Positions 1 to 13,700 are shown, counted from the first letter of the stretch. The stretch: DNA of 60,875 nt from Bacteroidota bacterium (GCA_013289395.1 JABCZY010000001.1:1-60875), one strand, 5' to 3'. The notes: generated by a model from the sequence alone, not told the origin. Made by a program: numbers and translations.

Positions 1-412
1 CCGTACCAAGCCAATGCCTCCAATGAATGGAACTCACTTGTTGTTTATCAAAAGGGCCAACTGAATGTATGTTAGCTTCATCAATATTTTGAGGCAAGTA
101 TGGTATAAGTGGAAAAACAGCCCATTGATAATTGAGTTTTTTCCACTCTACATTTTGTAATTCTGCAGGCCATTCACTTATACCTATTGAGACTAAATAC
201 GATCTGAAAACCGGGAAATACGTATGCCCCTGATAATTACAAGCCAACGGTTTTTCATTTGCTATAATATCCGCACATGAAGCAAATACAAGTAGTACAA
301 CAATGAACCTGATGGAATATTTTGCAACTCTATTTTTAAAGAGCTGCTTTCGAACCATCCTCCAATAGCCTTGCGAAGAAGCGTCGTTATCTATATTTTT
401 AGAATCGCTCAT
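1..412 (-). CDS. ABC peptide-transporter permease, OppC/DppC-like (5' part only; gene runs off the left edge)
   Basis: Not in the ORF track because it is truncated. My translation from the ATG at 412-410 reads MSDSKNIDNDASSQGYWRMVRKQLFKNRVAKYSIRFIVVLLVFASCADIIANEKPLAC... This is a basic stretch followed by one TM helix, as in OppC-type N-termini. Its ATG overlaps the TGA of the upstream permease (ATGA at 409-412). Confidence 0.65.
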   Translation of the reverse strand, partial: MSDSKNIDNDASSQGYWRMVRKQLFKNRVAKYSIRFIVVLLVFASCADIIANEKPLACNYQGHTYFPVFRSYLVSIGISEWPAELQNVEWKKLNYQWAVFPLIPYLPQNIDEANIHSVGPFDKQQVSSIHWRHWLGT

Positions 413-1842
413 ACAATTTCACGTTTTGAATATGAGATCCTGGGGTCAGCAATTGCATATAATATATCAGCGACCAATGTCCCAAAGAGAGTAAGCAAGG
501 CAGCAAACATTGTATTTGCAAACACTACCGGATAATCATTTGCTACCAATGCATTATAGCTAACCTGACCCATGCCCGGTATAGAAAATATCTGTTCAAT
601 TACAACTGAGCCCGATAATAGCAGGGGAAAAACATTCGCGAATAATGTAATTATAGGAAGAAGTGAATTACCTAATGCATGTTTCCAAACTACTTTATTC
701 TCCGGCAATCCCTTAGCTCTTGCGGTACGTATATAATCTTGGCCAAGGGTATTTAACATACCGCCACGCATTTGTCGTGAAATAAAAGCAAGCGAAGTAT
801 ACGTCCAGCATAACACCGGTAATATGAGTCGATAAATAGTTTGTGTGATATGATACATAAATGATGCATCGGAAGGAATTGGAGCAGCACCTGGTGCAGG
901 AAACCAGGAAAACCAATCGCCACCACAAAAGAAAATGATCAGAATGGTTGCAATCCAGAAATTTGGTAATGAGTATAGCATAAACAGTCCTGATGTCGTT
1001 AACTTCTCTTTATTACTTCCCTTGCTCACTGCTGCTTTTACACCAAGCGGAATAGCAATAAAATATGCAAGCAGAATTGATATAAAACTAATACCAAGTG
1101 TCCATTTCATAGCATCCCCAATTATTGAACTTACAGGCCGCATATCCTGATATGAAAAACCGAAATCACCCTTCAAAAAGCTCACAAGCCAATGGTGATA
1201 TTGGTTTCTGAATCCATACCAGTGCACTACAGGAATACATTTCTGATAAGGAGACTGGTGATCAATAAAGTATTTTTCAGACTCTTTTAATTCTGATAGC
1301 TTTGGTGCAAGTGACTGTAGAGTTGAATGTGGTTTACTAAGAACAGTATTAAGTTTTGATAAGGCGACATTTATCTTGCCCTGGTCATAATCCGAATATA
1401 ATTCACTTACATTTTTTTTTGCTGAAATGATATCTTCGGCATTTGAGCTATCGGATTTGATTTTGCTTACAGCAGTTTCGAATTGTTTTAGTGTGGCATA
1501 ATACTGTGCAACATTTGGCCAATTACCATATATAAAGGCTATGTGTGCCAGGTTATCGCGAACATTTGATTTTGGAATACGGTATAATGTATCGCAGGCA
1601 GTAGCGTTTGTAATACTAAAATAAAATAATGGAAGATCAAGTCCCAACTTATGCCGAACTGAATTATAGGCAGCTTCATCGGCAATACTTTTTATGGATT
1701 GACCCGACTCACCTTGCTGTTTGGTCAGAATAGTTTCAACTGGATCACTAGGTGCATTTACACCCAGTATAAACATAATGAACGAGATAACTAATAAAGT
1801 AGGAATGAAAATTAATACCCGTTTAATTATGTATTTCAGCAT
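409..1842 (-). CDS. ABC peptide-transporter permease, OppB/DppB-like, with a large extracytoplasmic insertion after TM1
   Basis: 477-aa ORF. N-terminal TM helix, then multi-TM C-terminal half with the EAA-loop region DYIRTARAKGLPENKVVWKHALGNSLLPIITL, typical of DppB/OppB permeases. It sits between a family-5 binding protein and a second permease. Confidence 0.85.
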   Translation of the reverse strand: MLKYIIKRVLIFIPTLLVISFIMFILGVNAPSDPVETILTKQQGESGQSIKSIADEAAYNSVRHKLGLDLPLFYFSITNATACDTLYRIPKSNVRDNLAHIAFIYGNWPNVAQYYATLKQFETAVSKIKSDSSNAEDIISAKKNVSELYSDYDQGKINVALSKLNTVLSKPHSTLQSLAPKLSELKESEKYFIDHQSPYQKCIPVVHWYGFRNQYHHWLVSFLKGDFGFSYQDMRPVSSIIGDAMKWTLGISFISILLAYFIAIPLGVKAAVSKGSNKEKLTTSGLFMLYSLPNFWIATILIIFFCGGDWFSWFPAPGAAPIPSDASFMYHITQTIYRLILPVLCWTYTSLAFISRQMRGGMLNTLGQDYIRTARAKGLPENKVVWKHALGNSLLPIITLFANVFPLLLSGSVVIEQIFSIPGMGQVSYNALVANDYPVVFANTMFAALLTLFGTLVADILYAIADPRISYSKREIV

Positions 1843-1856
1843 GCTATAGCATTACA

Positions 1857-3602
1857 TTACTTACCAGCATTGGCATCAAATCCGGCCTCCCAAAAGAACG
1901 GCATATTACATGAAGGGTAGACATTAGAGTATCTTTTATTTGCTGCTATTAAAGCTTGCTGAGCACAAAGAAATATATCGCCACATTCTTCATGCATAAT
2001 TCTTTCTAATCGTTTTACCATCTTGGCCCTTTTTATATCATCAAGCTCCACTCTTATCGAATCAATCAATGCATCAGATTCAGCATTGCCGAAGCTTATA
2101 AAGTTAGAACCTTTGTTAAGTGCCGATGTTGAATAAAATATTTGCTTGAAATCCATTGGCCCCGGTTGAAAGCCCCATACATCCATACACATGTCAAAAT
2201 TATGTGTCTTCAAATTCCCTCTGAATACATTGGCTTCCTGTTGCACAATACTTACATCAATTCCTACCTTTCTGGCTTCTTCTTTAAACATTAAACCAAC
2301 CTTTTTTCTTTGTTCATTACCCGCATTACATATATAAACAACCCTGAAATCAATTTTTTTACCATCTATTAACTTATCTAAAATACCATCTCCATCGCTG
2401 TCTTTCCAACCTGCAGCAGCAAGTAAGGCTTTGGCGGTATCTATATTAAATTCGTATGGCTTAATGGTATAATCATACTCAAGTGAATCCATTGGTGTAA
2501 CAGCCGAAGTAACTTGTTGAGCATAGCCATAATACACATCTTTAATTATCCTGGGTACATCAATCAGGTGCGCAATTGCTTTTCTGGTTCTTATATCCGC
2601 AAACTTCGGATCTAACATATTTAATCCAATATAAGCGTATGACAGTCGTAATGTTTTGAATGTATTGAAATTCTGTGTGAATTTTTCGGACTTAGAAAGG
2701 TCACCAAACTCAGAAGGCCTTATATTACCTATTACATCAATATTACCTGCCTTTAAAGAAACAAGTGCAGAAGTCATATCATTAATTGTTTGATACACCA
2801 ACTTAGTTGCATTTGCTTCAAAAAAACAATTCTTTGCTTTTAGTTCATCGCCCCACCAGTTAGCTTTTTTATCTAATACAATTCGCTGGCCTGTTGCCCA
2901 TGACGTGAATTTATACGCCCCACTTCCGGAAACATAACCAGGATCCCGTGAATACCTGTCAGCATTAAAACCTTTTCCAAATGCAAGCATTTTCGGGTCA
3001 TGTAAAGATGCCGTATCAGAATACATTTGCTTTATGGTGAAGCTCTCCATGTATTTGTTAGAATCATATACGTATTCGGGTATAATATAAGTGTCAGTTC
3101 CTGTAGCAATCACCGCCATCATGTATTTCTCATTATAAACGATTGTAAACTTCCTGGGATTATCAGGATACAATATCACATCACTAACCATATCATAGTA
3201 TGATCGCAGCGCTTCATCATTTACAGCAGGGTTTTTAATGACCTTCAGAGTAAATTCAGCATCTTTTGCCGTAACCGGAGACCCGTTATCCCATCTGGCT
3301 TCTTTTCGTATTTCGTAGGTAATGAACATTCTTCCTGCAGAATCGATCTTTACTGTTGGCAAAGTATCAGCTAATATTGGTACTAACTTAAGTGTTCGGT
3401 AATCGAAATTCAACAGGGGTTGAAATATATTATTGTCAATATCTGCTGCTCCCAGATCGCTTGCCAGAATAGGATTCAGCGCTCCAGGGTCACCCAATTG
3501 CCATAACACTACCTGTGTAGGATTTTTTTTATAAGTTGAACAGGAATTGAGAATAAGGCTAGCACATACTAATGCAGCAAAATAAAATATACCCTTCCTC
3601 AT
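1857..3602 (-). CDS. ABC transporter substrate-binding lipoprotein (solute-binding family 5, peptide/nickel type)
   Basis: 581-aa ORF with a lipoprotein signal (ASLILNSC). Length and motifs such as GSGAYKFTSW resemble the GTGPYK motif of family-5 binding proteins. It lies directly upstream of the two permeases. Confidence 0.8.
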   Translation of the reverse strand: MRKGIFYFAALVCASLILNSCSTYKKNPTQVVLWQLGDPGALNPILASDLGAADIDNNIFQPLLNFDYRTLKLVPILADTLPTVKIDSAGRMFITYEIRKEARWDNGSPVTAKDAEFTLKVIKNPAVNDEALRSYYDMVSDVILYPDNPRKFTIVYNEKYMMAVIATGTDTYIIPEYVYDSNKYMESFTIKQMYSDTASLHDPKMLAFGKGFNADRYSRDPGYVSGSGAYKFTSWATGQRIVLDKKANWWGDELKAKNCFFEANATKLVYQTINDMTSALVSLKAGNIDVIGNIRPSEFGDLSKSEKFTQNFNTFKTLRLSYAYIGLNMLDPKFADIRTRKAIAHLIDVPRIIKDVYYGYAQQVTSAVTPMDSLEYDYTIKPYEFNIDTAKALLAAAGWKDSDGDGILDKLIDGKKIDFRVVYICNAGNEQRKKVGLMFKEEARKVGIDVSIVQQEANVFRGNLKTHNFDMCMDVWGFQPGPMDFKQIFYSTSALNKGSNFISFGNAESDALIDSIRVELDDIKRAKMVKRLERIMHEECGDIFLCAQQALIAANKRYSNVYPSCNMPFFWEAGFDANAGK

Positions 3603-3619
3603 TCGCCCGATTTATTTAA

Positions 3620-3627
3620 CAAATCTA
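3620..3627 (-). promoter_or_regulatory. Candidate Bacteroidota -7 promoter box (TAnnTTTG) for the ABC operon
   Basis: The minus strand reads TAGATTTG, 17 nt upstream of the ATG at 3602, inside the 70-nt gap after the porP/sprF gene. Confidence 0.3.
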
Positions 3628-3672
3628 CAAAATTGTAAATACGAATAAATAAATTCAGAAAGAGAACACAGA

Positions 3673-4704
3673 TTATATCTGACTTCTGCTGAACATAGGG
3701 TGTCCCTTTATTATTGTCAAAATAAGCGAGAACTCCCAAGCACCTCTACCACCAGTAAATGCAGCAAGGTAAGAAGTGTTAATATCGTAACTGAAACGAA
3801 AAACATGCTCTCCATACTTTATTCCTGTATTTATTACTACGGCGTCATTAACTCTATCATTTGCACCAAGAATAATCTGGAATGGAGTTGTACCAATTTT
3901 ATAATAACCCAACAAACCCGCATCAAATTCTGTAACACCGGCCTCATTCATGTAAAATAACATTGGAGTGATCTTCAATTTTTCATTAACATTAAAATCA
4001 CACCCACCCTGGAAATTAAAACGCATTGGAACATCGCTTTTTGTAAAAGTAAACGATTCATTAGGCACCGTTAAATGCTGCATAGAAAAACCAAAAAACG
4101 GATGCACCTTTGAGCTTTCTTCAATATATTTATAGAATATACCGAAGTTCGCATCGAAGTTTGCCACACTCATTTTAGCGAAACTTTCTCCATTTGGCAT
4201 ATTCTGATCAAAACCACCAATGGCATCTGAATATTGATTATCGTATGTAAAATTGTTTGGGTTGAACTCCTTATAAAAGAAGCCGAGCTGTATGCCCGTA
4301 GTCAGGTAATGCTTGCCATTGGAATTATCTTTACTCATAATATCATATGCAATTGAGGCCATAAAAGAAGTAGTATTGAAACTACCCATTGGAGCTGCAT
4401 TATTTATAAAATACGCCCCTACTCCAAAGTTTTTATCCCATGCCTTTAATGGCATATCAAATGCCAGGTATTCATTAGTATAAGGGCTCGTGCCTAAGGC
4501 TCCCCATTGCGAACGATAGTCGTTATATATTTTATAATCTCCCCTTTCGCCACTATACATTCCCGTTAGTGCAGGATTAAGATAAAGGCTTGCCATATCA
4601 TACTGAGACATGTGATAATCCTGAGCAATGGCACTAACACTGCTCATTGCAAGAAAGAATACTATATATCTGGTAATTCTCTTCATAGCGCTAGTTTTTC
4701 TCAC
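3673..4704 (-). CDS. Type IX secretion system membrane protein, PorP/SprF family
   Basis: 343-aa ORF. A signal peptide is followed by AQDYHMSQYDMASLYLNPALTGMY, matching the conserved PorP/SprF N-terminal motif (QD.HFSQ...NPA.TG). The rest is a beta-rich OMP-like sequence. Its start overlaps the stop of the type-B CTD adhesin by 4 nt. Confidence 0.85.
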   Translation of the reverse strand: MRKTSAMKRITRYIVFFLAMSSVSAIAQDYHMSQYDMASLYLNPALTGMYSGERGDYKIYNDYRSQWGALGTSPYTNEYLAFDMPLKAWDKNFGVGAYFINNAAPMGSFNTTSFMASIAYDIMSKDNSNGKHYLTTGIQLGFFYKEFNPNNFTYDNQYSDAIGGFDQNMPNGESFAKMSVANFDANFGIFYKYIEESSKVHPFFGFSMQHLTVPNESFTFTKSDVPMRFNFQGGCDFNVNEKLKITPMLFYMNEAGVTEFDAGLLGYYKIGTTPFQIILGANDRVNDAVVINTGIKYGEHVFRFSYDINTSYLAAFTGGRGAWEFSLILTIIKGHPMFSRSQI

Positions 4705-7700
4705 CTCAATATGGTTACGTTACCGGTCATTTTTACTTGTTTACCATCAACTGTAGTACCTGTTAATGTCCAAACGAAAGTTCCTTCAGGTTGTACAGCG
4801 CCATGGAATTTACCATCCCATCCTTCGCTCTGAACATTGGCCTGGAATATTTGTGTACCCCATTGGTCGAACACTCTGAAATCAAACAAACTGAATGGGC
4901 CACCTCTTACATATAATATATCGTTATTTCCGTCACCGTTTGGCGTAAAGGCTGTAGGCACACCAGGTGCACTGGCAATTGTTCCATTATTATTACAAGG
5001 ATCAATGGTTAAGGTATCACTGTGTGATGCGGAACAGCCAGAATCAGAAGTAACCATTAAAGTAGTTATATACGTACCATTTATTGGATATACATGTAAA
5101 GGATTTTGTAGTGCACTAGTTGAAGAGTCACCAAACTTCCAATTCCATGCTGATATTGCTCCAGGGTTAACTATTGAATTATCGGTAAACTGAGCCGAAT
5201 CAGGGCATGATGTTTTAACTGTAAATAATGCGGTTGGCAATGGGTTCACAAAAATACTTCTGCTGATTGTATCGGAACAACCCGCACTGGTGCTGACAAT
5301 TAAAGTTATAGTTTGTGTGCCACTTATATTATAATTATCAGTTGGGTTTTGTGCAACAGAGGTATTATTACCCAGGTTCCAGTTCCATGCCGAAATACTG
5401 CCAACACTTACCGTAGATTCATCCGTAAAGCTTACTGTAGAATTCAAACAAGCTGTGGAACTCTTAAAGTTTGCAACTGGCTTAGATTGTATAGTTACAA
5501 TCATTGTATCAGTTGATGCAGAACAAGCTCCATTACCAGTTGTTGTAAGTACAATAGTTACTTTGCCTGTTGTTACATCGGCTAAACTTGGCACATATAC
5601 AGCATTCAGTGCTGAATCATTCGGTGTGAATATGCCACTTCCATTGCCAGACCATTTGCCACCAGCAGCAAGTGCAACTGTACCTTTCAGAATAACATTA
5701 CTTCCTGCGCATATTGCCTGGTCAGTTCCTGCATTGTCTTTAGGTGCAGGGCTGAAAGTTATCATCATAGTATCTGAAACCGGGCTGCAGGAATGAGTTG
5801 CACTAAATACCAGTTTAACTGATTTCGCAGCCGTATCTGCAGTACCAGGAACATAGTGTGCATTTTGCGTGCTATCATTTGGCATAAATGTACCCGTGCC
5901 TAATGTTTTCCATATTCCTGAACCACTAGAGACTGTAGCGTGAATAGGTATATTGTTATTATTTGCACAAACAGTAGTATCTGCTCCAATTGTAACGGTT
6001 GGTATCGGGGTGATCTTTATTAAAACCGTATCAGAAACTGATAGACATCCTCCATTATTAGTTGAAGTAAGTACAAGTTTTACAGTCTTTGCTGCCGTAT
6101 CTGCACTGCTTAAATTATATGTAGCATTCAACGTAGTATTATTAGGAGTAAATGTACCACTACCAAGGGTTGTCCAGGTACCAGCTGTTGCTCCACCTGA
6201 AACGCTTCCATTAAGCGATGCCGTTGTATTACCTGTACATACAAAAATATCAGAACCGGCACTTACTGAAGGTGAAGGTGAGAAAGTAACTTTCATTGTA
6301 TCGCTTATTGCTGTGCACAATCCATTTCCACTCGACACAAGAACAAGCTTAACAGAGTCTGTAGTAATATCTGAAGCACTTGGAGTATATGTTGCGTTAA
6401 GAGTAGAATCATTAGGTGCAAACATTCCGCCACCAGTTGTTATCCACTTACCTCCGCTTGCATTTGAAACGCTTCCTGCTAATACAACACTCGCATTATT
6501 AGAACAAACAACCTGATTAGGTCCTGCATTTACAACCGGAGCAGAATTGAAGAAAACAACCATTGTATCAGTAGAGACCATACACGCTTTCGTAGTTGTA
6601 AGAATCAGTTTTACACTGTGCGCTGAAGTATCTGCTGAAGTAGGAACATAATTTGCATTCAAAGTACTATCATTAGGTGTAAATGTTCCGCTGCCCAATG
6701 TAGACCACATACCGGTTCCTGAGCCTCCTGTTACATTTCCATGTATTGCTACGCTTGCGCTGCTTGCACAAACTGTTGTATCAGCGCTGACATTTGCAAT
6801 TGGTATAGGGTTAATTCTGATCACAACCGTATCAGTTACTGATATGCAACTTCCATTATTTGTAGAAGTAAGTACAAGTTTCACTGTCTTTGCAATTGTA
6901 TCAACAGTACTTAAATTATAGGTAGCATTTAAGGTGACATTATCCGGGCTGAATGTTCCACTTCCTAACGTAGACCACATACCGGTAGTTGCACCACCTG
7001 AAACGCTTCCATTTAATGATGCCGTTGTGTTACCAGTACACACATATATATCAGCGCCGGCATTCACCCTAGGCGATGGTGAGAAAATAACCTTCATGGT
7101 ATCTGTTGCCTTAGTACACAATCCATTACCAATAGATGCCAGAACAAGTTCTATAGAGCCTGATGTAATATCTGAGGAACTTGGAATATAGGTTGCATTA
7201 AGTGAGGTATTACTTGGTGTAAATGTTCCACTACCAGTTGAACTCCATTGTCCACCGCTTGCATTTGCAACGCTACCTGAAAGTGTAACATTGGCATTAT
7301 TAGCACAAACCGTTTGATCAGCGCCAGCGTTTACAATCGGGCCAGGAGAAACAGTTACCACCATTGTATCTGTAATTGCATTACAGTTTCCATTATTAGT
7401 TGAAGTAAGCACAAGAACTATGTTCTTAGCAAGAGTATCGGCGTTACTTGGAATATAGGATGCGGTAAGCGTCGAGTTATTTGGACTAAACACCCCAGTT
7501 CCATTTGCCGTACTCCAAATGCCTGTTCCACTTCCACCAATTATTACTCCGTTCAGTGCAACTGAATTATTTGCACAACCGCTTTCGTCAGCGCCCGCAT
7601 TTACACTAGGTGGCGCAGTGAAATTAATAACCATAGTATCTGAGGTAGCATTACAAGTACCATTATTTGTAGTAGTAAGAACCAGTTTTACACTTCCTGC

Positions 7701-10700
7701 CATTGTATCTGCAGTACTTGGAACATACGTTGCATTTAATGCAGCATTATTTGGAGTGAAGGTTCCGCTACCCAATGTAGTCCATGAACCTGTACTTGCA
7801 CCACCGCCCACATAACCATTCAATGTTACATCAGGGTTATTTCTGCATGCAAACTGGTCTGTTCCCGCATTAGCAAATGGAGCAGGTGTAAATGTTACTG
7901 TCATATTATCAGGTACTGAACCACAACCACCTGTTGTAGTAAGTGTTAATGTAACTGTACCTGCAGTTGTATCTGCATTGCTTGGAATATATGTTGTATT
8001 CAATGAAGTATTATCAGGTGAAAATGTGCCACTACCATTTGTGCTCCATATTCCCGAACCTGTACCCGATGCACCGCTTAATGAAACAGTAGCATTATTC
8101 GCACACAATGTTTGATCCGGTCCGGCATTTGCTGTTGGAACAGTAGAGTATGTTAATACTACTGTATCAGAAGATGCAGAGCAACCACCATTATTTGAAG
8201 AAGTAAGAACCAATGTTACTGTATGTGCTGCTGTATCAGCCGAACTTGGCATATATGTAGCATTTAAAGTGTTTACATTCGGACTGAATGTACCACTTCC
8301 ATTTGTAGTTGACCAGATACCTGCACCGGTTGAAGAACTTCCATTGAGCGTATAATCTGGATTACTCAAACATACGGTTACATCTCCACCGGCATTCACT
8401 CTAGGACCAGGGCTTATATTTATCAGCATTGTATCTGTAGCAGCTTTACATTGGCCATTACCTGTAGTAGTAAGAACAAGTTTTACACTATGTCCAGAAG
8501 TATCTGCTGCACTTGGAATATAAGTTGCATTCAATGTGGAATTGTTCGGCGAGAAAGTTCCGCTGCCCAAAGTGGACCATTGCGCACCTGACGCAACACT
8601 ATTAATTGATCCTGACAGAACCGCATCAGCATTTCCACAGATACTTTGATCGATACCTGCATTTGCGTAAGGTGCAGAAGTAATAGTTGCAACAAATTGA
8701 CTATTCGATGCAGCACATGCTCCGTTATTAGTTGTTGTAAGTTTTAATGTAACTGCACCTGCGCCGGTATCAGCGCTACTTGGAACATAAATTGCATTTA
8801 GGGTATTACTATTTGGTACGAATGCACCACTTCCATTACTGATCCATTGTCCTGATCCGGTGCTTGAGCTACCACTTAAAGAAATAGAATCATTATTTGC
8901 GCAAACTGTAACATTTGTACCGGCATTATCTTTAGGCCTCTTATCATATCTTATTATCATCGTATCGGTAACTGCACTACAATTACCATTACCTGTAGAA
9001 GCAAGAACAATCTTCACGTTTCCTGAAGTTGTATCTGCTGTACCTGGTATATATGTAGCATTTAAGGTTGTATTGTTTGGTGAGAATGAACCATCACCCA
9101 AAGTACTCCATTGTCCCGATCCCGTGCTTGAACTACCATTCAGGGTATAGTCAGGACTAGAATTACAAACTGATGCATTTCCACCAGCATTCACATTAGG
9201 AGCATGTGTTATTGTCAACACCATTGTATCGGTTGTTGCCTTACATAAACCATTACCTATAGTGACAAGGAAGAGTTTTACACTACCTGCTGTTGTATCA
9301 GCTGCACTAGGAACATATGTTGTATTCAAAGCAGTATTGCTTGGTGTAAATATTCCACTACCAGTTGTACCCCATTGCCCTCCGGTAGCATTCGACACTG
9401 AACCTGTAAGATCAGTATTTGCATTGTTTGCACAAACACTTTGATCAGGTCCTGCACTAACAACCGGCGCATGATTAATTGTTATTACCATTTGGTCAGC
9501 GACAGGTGTACATCCGCCATTATTTGTTGAAGTGAATGTAAGTGTTACACTTCCACTGGTTGTATCTGCATTACTTGGAATATAAATTGCATTTGACGTA
9601 TTATTATTGGGAGAGAAACTACCAGTTCCACTGCTACTCCACTGTCCGGAACCCGAAGTTGAAGTACCCGCTAATTGTACTGAATCATTATTTGCACATA
9701 CAGTTTGATCTGATCCTGCACCAACAACAGGTATCTTGGTATACGTAATCATCATTGTATCGGTAACTGCATTACAAGTTCCGTTACCGGTAGATGTTAA
9801 TACAAGCTTCACGCTACCTGCGGTTGTATCAGCAGTACTTGGAATATAGGTCGAATTCAGGGTAAGATTATCAGGATTAAATGTACCAGTTCCCGAAGTG
9901 CTCCATATTCCTGTTGTAGTAGCACCGCCTACAATACCACTCAACGTAACGTTTGCATTATTCCGGCAGACTGCCTGGTCAGGCCCCGAATTAACGTAAG
10001 GCGCATGTGTAATTGTAATAGTTATACTACTTGCTGTTGGATTGCAACCACCGGTAGCTGTGAATGTTAATTTAACTGAACCCGATGCTGTATCCGCACT
10101 ACTTGGTATATAAGTAGCGTTTAGCGTTGTATTATTAGGACTAAAAGTTCCTGTTCCGTTTGAGGTCCATTTACCTGTACCAGTAGATGAAGTTGCATTA
10201 AGAGAAACATCATCATTATTAGCACAAACAGTTTGATTGCTTCCCGCAGTAACAACTGGTGTTTTGGTGTAAGTCAAAACAATTGTATCTGAAACCGGGT
10301 TACAAGAAACATTATTTGTAGATGTTAGAATAAGAGTTGCTGTTTTTGCACTTGTATCAGCAGTGCTTGGTTTATATGTAGCACCTAATGTGTTTGTATT
10401 CGGAGAAAATGTTCCAGTACCAAGTGTTGTCCATGTTCCCGTTCCTGTCGAAGAATACCCACTTAAGGTATAATCAGGACTGCTTAAACAAACCTTTGTA
10501 TCCGGGCCTGCCTCAACATGGGGGGCAATAGTATATGTAATTGTCATTGAGCTGCTGACAGCATTACATTGTCCGTTACCTGTAGTTGTTAAAGTTATGG
10601 TTACACTCTTAGCTGCCGTATCTGCAGAGCTAGGAGAATACGTAGCATTCATTGTAGTATTATTCGGTGTAAATGTTCCACTTCCCGAAGTCGACCATGT

Positions 10701-13700
10701 TGCTCCACTTGCAATAGTAAATGAGCCATTCAATATAACATTTGCATTATTGGAACATACTGAAGCATTTGATCCTGCATTTGCAGTTGGAGCATGAGTG
10801 AAATTAACTACCAATTGATCTGATACAGGGCTGCATGTTCCATTATTTGTACTTGCCAATGTAAGTGTTACACTTCCTGTTGTTGTATCAGCATTGCTCG
10901 GTATGTATGTAGCATTTAAGGTTGTATTATTAGGTGTAAATGTTCCGCTACCACTTGTACTCCACTGGCCGGATCCTGTTGCCGATGTACCGTTCAGTAT
11001 AATCGCATCATTATTCGCACAAGCTGTAACATCAGGTCCTGCATTTACTTTTGGTATTGGTGTATATGTAACTGTTATAGATTTATTAACCGGAATACAG
11101 GTACCATTACTTCCAGAAGTTAAGGTCAATGTAACACTTCCGGCAGCAGTATCCGCGCTACTTGCAATGTACGTTGCATTTAATGTGTTTGCATTAGGAG
11201 AAAATGTTCCGCTTCCCGATGTATTCCAAACTCCGGAACCTGTGCTGGAAGTACCACTAAGTAAAACGTTCGCATTGTTCTTACACACTGAAACGTTACT
11301 ACCGGCATTCACATTAGGAGCATGTGTAATCGTTATTTTCATACCATCTGAAACAACGCTACATAGCCCGTTGCCCGTACTTGTTAATGTAAGCGTTATA
11401 CTTCCTGCGGCAGTATCTGCTGAGCTAGGTGTATACGTAGCGTTCATTGTAGTATTATTCGGAGCAAATACTCCGCTACCTGAAGTTGACCATACAGCTC
11501 CGGTTGAGGTAGTAAACGAACCATTCAACGTAACTACATCATTATTACCACAAACAGTTTGATCAGGGCCTGCATTCACATACGGTGCGTGAGTGAAGGT
11601 GATGGTAATATTACTGGTTACAGGACTACATGCTCCATTATTTTTCGAAGTAAGAGTAAGAATAACACTACCTGCAGTTGTATCAGCTTTACTTGGAGTA
11701 TACGTTGCATTAAGAGTTGTATTACTTGGAGTAAATGCACCTGTTCCACTACTACTCCATTGTGCTGAACCTGTGCTTGAACTTCCGTTCAGGGAAATCA
11801 CATCATTATTAGCACAAACAGTTTGATTGGTACCTGCATTTACCACAGCAGGCACATCAACTGTAACTAGCACTGTTCCAGCTGAGCCTGTGCAACCGTT
11901 TGCAGTTGCAGTTACCGAATATGTTCCGGCATCAGCCAGAATAACATTACTTATTGAAGTGTCCTGTGAAATAGAAACAAAACTGTTTGGCCCGGTCCAT
12001 TTATATGTTGCACCACCTATTGTGCTCGACATCAAGTTCAAGTTTGATCCTGTACATACAGGGCTGTTGCTTGTAGCAGTTGGTGTAGCTGGTATCGGGT
12101 TAACTGTTACACTAACTGTTCCGGCACTACTTACAACGCAACCCGGTACCTTAGCCGTCACGGAATATGTTCCACTAGCAGCCGTAGTAACTGAACTTAT
12201 ATTAGGATTTTGTGTTGATGAAGTAAATGTATTCGGTCCTGTCCATGAATAAGCTGCATTAGTTACAGTACTTGCTGTCAGATTAAGTGTTGTACCGGCA
12301 CAAATAGGGCTATTACTTCCGGCAACAGGTGCAGCAGGTGGAGGGTTAATACTTACATCCACGGTACCATTCGGGCCTGTACAACCTAGTATTGTGGCAT
12401 TAACCGAATAAATACCTGAGTCAGCGATAACTGATACGGGAATATTCGGATTTTGAGAGGTGGAAGTAAAACCATTCGGGCCACTCCATGCATATGTTGC
12501 ACTGGTAACTGTACTTGCAGTTAAATTAATAGCACCACCTAAACAAATTGGGCTGTTGCTTCCTACTGTTGGTGCAGGAGGAGTTTGATTAACCACAACT
12601 GAAACAGTTCCATTTGAACTATTACATCCATTTGCTGAAGCGACAACAGTATATGTTCCGCTTGCCGCGGTAGTGGAATTAAGTATTGATGTATCCTGCG
12701 AAATGGATTTAAAACTATTCGGACCCGTCCATGTGTAAGTTGTTCCTGGTACTGTACTTGCAGTTAAATTCAAGCTGCTTCCTGAACAAATTGGACTTGG
12801 GCTTGTTGCTGCTGGAGAAGCAGGTGTTTGATTAACTACTACTGTTATTGTTCCATTAGGACTTGTAGCACAACCGGGCACCGTAGCATTAACTGAATAC
12901 GTTCCGGCAGCTGCTGTAGTAACACTTGTAATATTGGGATTCTGATTGGTTGAAGTGAATGTATTCGGGCCGGTCCATGAATAGCTAGCGCCAGTTATAT
13001 TACTTGCGTGCAGGCTCAATGTATTTCCTGAACAAACAGGGCTATTACTTGTTACAGTTGGAGCAGCAGGTGGAGGATTAATTACAACAAGAGTAGTTCC
13101 CTCTGGGCTTGTACATCCACTCACAGTAGCCGTCACGGAATATGTACCGCCATCGGCTACTACCACTCCGCTTAAAGTCGGAGTTTGAGAAGTAGAAGAA
13201 AAACTATTAGGGCCAATCCATGCATATGTTGCGCCAGCAACAGTAGTAGCGTTTAAATTAAGAGTTGAACCGATACATAATGGTGTATTACTGCTTGCTG
13301 TTGGAGAAACAGGTATGGGATTAACCGTTGCAATAGTAGTATTACCCGAGCTTCCACAACCACCAACTGTTACTGTGATCGAGTAGGTTCCGCTTGCGGC
13401 AGTTGTTGCATTTGTTATAGATGCTATTTGAGAAGTTGAAGTAAAACCAGGGCCATTCCATGCATATGTTGCACCCGCTACAAGACCGGTAGTTAAAGTT
13501 AGGGTTGCACCTGCACATATTGGACCATTATTAGTTGCAGTAGGCGTTGTAGGAACAGGTTTAACCGTAGCTGGAGTTGTTCCCGCAGAGCTTGTACATC
13601 CACTTACAGTCGCATAAACCGAATATGTGCCTGTTGCTGCTGTAGTTGCATTTGTTATAGAAGTATCTTGTGAAAGAGAAGTAAATCCATTAGGACCACT

